In this document: piece after piece, positions 58,477 through 64,000 of the stretch | Layout of the letters: each line of letters starts with the position of its first letter | Numbering within the stretch: the first letter of the stretch is position 1 | Assembly: GCA_964187785.1 (NCBI GenBank) | Contig: OZ076409.1 | Span: 96,102,001 to 96,166,000, forward strand | Reading direction: 5' to 3' | Length of the DNA: 64,000 nucleotides | Source of the DNA: Amphiscolops sp. MND2022 | Lineage: Eukaryota | Program-made: the position numbers and the translations under genes | The notes under the pieces: generated by a model | Databases searched by the model: none | The model's input: only the letters and a program-made list of their open reading frames with translations | What the model was told of the DNA's origin: nothing

Positions 58477-59418
58477 ATGGAGAGTACACCACGAAACTCG
58501 ATCCTCAATAGAACTGATTCAATGAACCCTGCATTGGACCTAATCAATATCTCAAGTAGTTCGGGAGAAGAATTCATGGTGGAGCCCCTCTCAGTGAACG
58601 ATCTCGATAAAAGATTTAGATCTGCCCCTTACCCTCTGACAGACATGTCCACAGCCTTTATGGGAGCAACAGGAGCAGTGTTATTCCCTAGCAGCACCGA
58701 TCCACAAGCAGGAGATGATCAACAAATTGACACTAGGAATTCCCTTATCGAGAATGAACTGATGGACCTCATGGATGACGTATCTAATATATCCTCCCTG
58801 ACCTTCATCGGATCATCAGAAGAGGAAGAAGACAATCCGTTCTTTGGTGCCAATTTCGCTAATGTAGATCAGGCTGACCGAAACAGCTACGGTCGACCAG
58901 TCCAAAGGGTACAACCTATGGTCAGAACCCCACGAGTAACACGAGCAGCAGTGAACCCCCCGCTCGTACCAAGTAACAGAAGCGCTTTCTCAGTGGTAAT
59001 ACCCGAACAAAGAAGAGCTGCTCCAGAAATACAAACACACCCACTTATGCAAGCTAACTACTTGCCTATGCCCGTTCCGTTTTACCCCAATAATTGGAAC
59101 AAAATTACACATCCTCAACAAAACTTTCACGGTCAAGCTCAATTTCAACCTCAAGAGCCATCTAACGTGCCCATATTGCAGATGAACCCCCCAGTAATGC
59201 CCGAAGTGGCCGGGTTTTGTGCTGGCTGTTCCAAAACTTATGACCAAATCGCTGTCGAGACGCTCACCCACTACGTTGCGTGGTCCGAATATCCAGACGA
59301 AACCAATGTGAGATCGAGAGCATTTGTTGATGGGTTTGGAGCAGCGCTGATCTGCTTCAAAAATGCTGGATTGTCGCCGGCTTACCCGTGCGAGATGTCC
59401 GGGGTGCAACATCGATGA
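58477..59418 (+). CDS. Accessory ORF of element D (313 aa, unknown function), ending inside the 3' LTR
   Basis: Intact ORF with an acidic and P/Q-rich N-terminal part and a C-terminal CAGC-containing helical segment; TATA-like CTATAAAA at ~58323. Confidence 0.7.
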   Translation: MESTPRNSILNRTDSMNPALDLINISSSSGEEFMVEPLSVNDLDKRFRSAPYPLTDMSTAFMGATGAVLFPSSTDPQAGDDQQIDTRNSLIENELMDLMDDVSNISSLTFIGSSEEEEDNPFFGANFANVDQADRNSYGRPVQRVQPMVRTPRVTRAAVNPPLVPSNRSAFSVVIPEQRRAAPEIQTHPLMQANYLPMPVPFYPNNWNKITHPQQNFHGQAQFQPQEPSNVPILQMNPPVMPEVAGFCAGCSKTYDQIAVETLTHYVAWSEYPDETNVRSRAFVDGFGAALICFKNAGLSPAYPCEMSGVQHR

Positions 59419-61159
59419 AGCAGTCAACGCTGCTTACCCATCATGATGGCTGTCTACTGGACAAGGACTTGATAAACATTTCAAACTTTAAACTTAAACA
59501 ATGTTTGTTATTGTTCGTTTGACAAAATGTTGTTTTTAGTTGTACATTTCAGCTAAAATGATGATTGTTGAGTGTCGTTATTGTTGTTATTGTTTTCACC
59601 CACAAGGTGCGTTGATCAATTGAAAAACAACTGGAAAGGTACGCCAAAGTTATCAAAACAGTGCTAAATCTTTGTTTTGTCGCCTTAAATCATAAGAAGG
59701 AGTTAAATTCAATGATCTTATATATCTTTGCCACTTTAAATCATTTGTAGTTCAATCATGAGGAAAACAATTAAGAACAGTACGATGATTCATTTAAAAT
59801 CAGCATAACACTTCCGTACGTTTATTTGATACTGATTATGCGCCATTATGCGGTTTTCATAAAACAGCATGTGCGGTTTTATTAAAGAAACAGCATAATG
59901 ATCATGTACGCAGTATAGTTTATACTTTGTATTGCATTATGCGGAAATTCAGTAGAAACAGCATGATGACTTGAGGTAAAAAGAGCATATGCGGAAATTC
60001 AGTAGAAACAGCATGATGACTTGAGCTGGAAACAGCATATGCGGAAACCATGTGGAAACAGTATGACGTTTCAATATAGGAACAGCATATGCGGAAATTT
60101 GACAGAAACAGTATGACGGTTTAACTTAAAATTAGTATAAAGAGTCTTATTTCAGTTGATAAAATTATACTGAATTATCAGGTTTTCATGAGACAGCATA
60201 TACTGCATTATGATATTAAACAGCATAATTTGCAGGATTTTCAGTGCTACGATGTTGTAAGTCACAGTGCTATATTTAGACCTTCCTGGAGTGTGACGCA
60301 ATTTTATATTTTTAACATTTGACCCTAGAAACATGACGTTATGATGATTTGCATAAAATTGAAAGTCAAGTAACTAAAAAAACCATCCAATGGAATCAGT
60401 TGGAGAGGGATCATCAAAAAACCACTTTTCTAACGATCATTCGAGGAATATCGCACATTCAGAGCAGTCACTCATTTTCACAAATGACTCACAATCCACA
60501 AACTTTGCAGTTTCCTTCCCTTGTAAAATAACTTCCTCAGTTTCATTTTGCCAAATATCTTTGTAATTCAAAGATTTTCGCACCTAAAATTGTTTTCATC
60601 ATGGGAAACAAGAGAAGTAGACGATCAAGGACAGTAGAGTCCCAATCATCAGACAGAGACGAAAATACTTCAGAAACAAGCTTCACTCAAGGTAATGCGA
60701 CTTTAGTTGGTGTTTCTGAAAATGTTAATAATGTTCTTGACAGGAACTTAGGCAGCAAACTAACAGAACCTTCTCAGATAAGCAATGAGATAGAAGTTAT
60801 TTCGCAAAGACTAACAGAACAGAATAACGACAAGATGTCACAGATTGAAGAACAACTAAATAACAAATTCGAAGAGATACTTAAGGAGATTAGAACAAAC
60901 AAAAATCACATTGCAATAACTGATGAAGAGGATGCCGAGAATAATCAGCCCGGTCCTTCTAACTATAGAAATAAGGGTCTCAGGAACAAACACGCATCAG
61001 GTACAACAACAGATAAAAATAAGAATCAGGATGACCGGTTCTATCCGTCTGAAATGTGTGAATTAGGACAACCGTACACTCCACTTGGGATTGTTGAAGA
61101 CACTTTAGACGAAACCATCATCATAAATGAAAACAGACAGGAAAAGGCCGATCATAACA
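59372..61159 (+). repeat. 3' LTR of element D, including a Gag N-terminal ORF (60601-61197) that reads out into the flank
   Basis: Matches 43990-45777 and is followed by TSD GGCCT. Confidence 0.95.
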
Positions 61160-62291
61160 GGCCTATTTTATACAAGAAGAATGTGCGCGACAATTAGAGG
61201 GACTAGTTTTAATTTTTTTCGTAGGACCGCAAAATATTTGCAAATGGGCCACTTTTCAACAGTTTTTGCTCACGCCACCAGTATGTTCACTCAGTCATTG
61301 AATAAGGTAGGATAAGCGCTTCGCGAACAGGTGGTTGTCGGTTTGATGTCTCCTTAGGACTAAATATCTTTGTTTGCCAACCTTTTACGTATCAAATGGC
61401 CCCATTTTAGTTTTTTTTTCGTATTTTAACTTCCAAAAAGGCGTCGTTTTTTAAGCCTAGAGAGTGCCACTTTTTGATTTTTCGGCACGACTTTTCTTCA
61501 AGTTTTTTCATCACTTTTGGCATTTTTTCATGTTCCACGAAAAGAGTTTCTCGAGGCTGCAGGTTGTCCCTTCCGATGTTTTTGCCACTCTAAAAGATAC
61601 GAGATTTTATCAAAAGCTACCCTTAGCATTTTAATGAGACTTTGAGCTTTTTGAGCCTATAGCAGTGCGCCGACTGTAGACGTCACCGTGTTATTTTTCC
61701 CCACACGCTGTTGAAACTAAATTTCGACCAAATGAATTACTTTTTAAAATGAAACAAGACGGGAACGTCTGAAGTCAGCGGTATACCTAAGTCTCAAAAA
61801 CCGCCGATTTTGAAACAGGCCCAGGACGTTTCAATAAAAACTCAAAAAAATTGAAACCCCAAAGGGTGCCTTTCGTGCTCGGATAACGCTTCAGAATTTC
61901 GGATAAAGCGTGCTGGGACAATTGGGATTACTTGTTGTTGAATCTCTGCCTCGTTCTTAGTAAAACGCAATATAGATCCGAGATTACGTCACAAATTCGG
62001 ATAGTTTTGAAAAAATTGTTGGTGGATAACTATTGAGAAAACCTAATATCAGACAAAAAGTGAGAATTTTGAACAATCTCATAGTGCCGAAAAATGTGAA
62101 ACGGTGATACTTTGAAATATTTTACATCCGTTCTAATTTAAAATATCAAAAACCTGAAGAGCGGACCCTTTGGAGACTTTGGAGACTTCGGAGACAAAAA
62201 TCCCACGAAGTCGAAAAAGGGGGCAAATCTCAGAGTGACAAAAAATCGAAAAGGGGACCTTTCTGCTTTGAAATCGTTTTGTATCACTTCT

Positions 62292-63124
62292 TGTTAGAGG
62301 CCTGACCTTGAGAGGAGCTATTTAGCTACTAGTGTCTAATTTCAACTGATTGACACATATAATTTGGTTAGTCACCCAGCTAACTATACATAGCAGGGAA
62401 TGCTGGTACTGGGAACGAAAAACCGATAAGAGCTCAATGCAAGCAAGTCGATTACTATCTACTCTGCTGCATTTTGTACGATTTGTACTACAATCAGTAT
62501 TTCAGTTTTGAAAACGAACACATTCTCTAATGCTTTCAACTAGAAAGCAGAAAGCCAAAGAGAGACGGTCTAGGCAGTTAGACATAATGTCTGATGTAGA
62601 AAGTGTTGAAAAAATGTTAGGGAGTTACTCAAAAGATGATGAAAGAAATAACTACAGTGAAGACGAAATGAATTTAGACTCAGGGTCTAATAGGCCACAA
62701 CAAAGTTCCAATTTAGTTGGAGATTTTAGGTCATTGCTTAATACTAACAGCAGGGATACTAACAGCTTAATAGTGAAAGGGCAAAAACAAAGTCTAATGA
62801 TTAGCAGCGATGAAATAGCTAATCAAGTTACGAGGAAGCTTAACAACATCAGGACAAGCTTAAATTCGCAGGTTCAGCACGTTATTAGCACTGCAATCGC
62901 CGAGAAAGTGCTTTCATCTATCTAGAACACACTAGAGGAGCAAGGGAAAAGTAATTTCTCCGTGGTGGACCGAAGATCCATTGGGCTACAAGGGAGTCCC
63001 GGAGCCGTAAATGCCCAGAAAACTTGGAAAAATCACCCCAAATCATGCATTTCACGTAAACATCAGAGACAAGCGTCAAGGGAGAGTTCAGCAGACTCTT
63101 GTACAAGCGAACAAAATCGCGACA
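62292..63124 (+). mobile_element. Solo-LTR-like relic with a Gag N-terminal ORF (62530-63124, one internal TAG); left boundary approximate
   Basis: MLSTRKQKAKERRSRQLDIMSDVESVEKMLG is homologous to the 33152 ORF. ORFs 62530 and 62962 share a frame, and the relic ends ...CGCGACA. Confidence 0.55.
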
Positions 63125-63299
63125 CCTTCCGTTGTTTAGAAATGCAGAGCTGCTTAAGCATTGCGCTTTGCGTTAATTCTGAGAATTGAAAACACTTCAT
63201 TTCGAAACAAGATATAATCAAGTATTGGGTTTGTGCTTTCTGTTCTACGACATCAAAAACAGTTGATTGCTAATTTTACTCAATGTTTTAGCGTTGTAA

Positions 63300-63560
63300 A
63301 GACAATTCCAAGATTCGATCATGCATGGTTCGTGGATAATCTTTGTTTCTTCCCAGTGACACGAATCTTGGTAGCCTTGCCAAGATCTTGGAAAAACATG
63401 GAAACGCATGGTAGGCTTACCAAGACGCATGGAAAAACATGATGCATGCTACGCTTGGCAAGATCTTGGCAAGATCTTGACAAGCGTTCCATGTGGAAAT
63501 GCTTGCCAAGATCATGGCAAGATCATGGCAAGATCTTGACAAGATAACCATGGTAAGACA
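63300..63560. repeat. Degenerate short repeats (CTTGGCAAGAT / CATGGCAAGAT), probably part of a non-autonomous DNA element
   Basis: Multiple direct and inverted copies; resembles the interior of the MITE at 31767. Confidence 0.5.
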
Positions 63561-64000
63561 TGTAAGCTGGTATTAATTGTGCATAATTTATTCTTTTCGC
63601 AAAAATTCTTTGTCGTCTGCAATTTTTGAATTAGCCATTGTAATAACTTTGGACATAATATTTATTGATTGAAAATAGTTTTTAATTGAAAATTATCCAA
63701 AATTTGCTCAATAATTTGCTGCACCTATTGACCGAGTTTTGTTATTTGTGAGCACGGCATTGTTACTACTGTCATAAATTATCATACAAAGCAAACTCCG
63801 AGTCAAGTTATTGCAACTTGCGGGTTTGCGATATCGGTGTGAAAACCAACTTTTTTAGCTATGATTTGCCTACAATTATGCAAATCATGCTATTACCTGA
63901 TCTATTGAGGTAACGGGTTCTAATTACTGAAGTTCGTGAATGCAATAAAAACTCAAAATGGTCGGAAAAATCTTGGTATGCTTGGCAAGACACATGGAAA

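Larger units (their letters stand above)
43990..61159 (+). mobile_element. Full-length Ty3/Gypsy LTR retrotransposon D (17.2 kb) with accessory genes
   Basis: 1788-bp TG...CA LTRs, 5-bp TSD GGCCT (43985-43989 and 61160-61164), PBS TGGTGACAGG, gag and decayed pol. Confidence 0.97.

Overview
AT-rich eukaryotic genomic DNA (probably an invertebrate animal; the organism cannot be determined from sequence alone), roughly 80% retroelement-derived. It holds four Ty3/Gypsy LTR retrotransposons. A (minus, <1-10984) has a single gag-pol frame broken by a 2.2-kb tandem duplication, a structured leader and small hydrophobic uORFs. B (plus, 13112-30337) has gag, a pol with an AT-hook and tandem macro-like C-terminal extension, and a third ORF with an SGNH-like fold in the env position. 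C (plus, 37297-42030) is old and lacks RT. D (plus, 43990-61159; 1788-bp LTRs, TSD GGCCT) is the most striking. D carries an apparently intact antisense six-exon gene (~1023 aa) for a BED-finger, hAT-transposase-like protein. It also has many ATGCGG-N14-CAGCAT dyad sites in both LTRs, in that gene's intron and in its upstream region, suggesting an element-encoded DNA-binding regulator with cognate sites. D's gag starts 186 codons inside the LTR, an arrangement echoed by two solo-LTR-like relics. Also present are a decayed CRE-like non-LTR element, small non-autonomous repeats, and three frame-compatible exons of a minus-strand host gene for a helical/coiled-coil protein. Domain calls are by eye and need HMM or structure confirmation.
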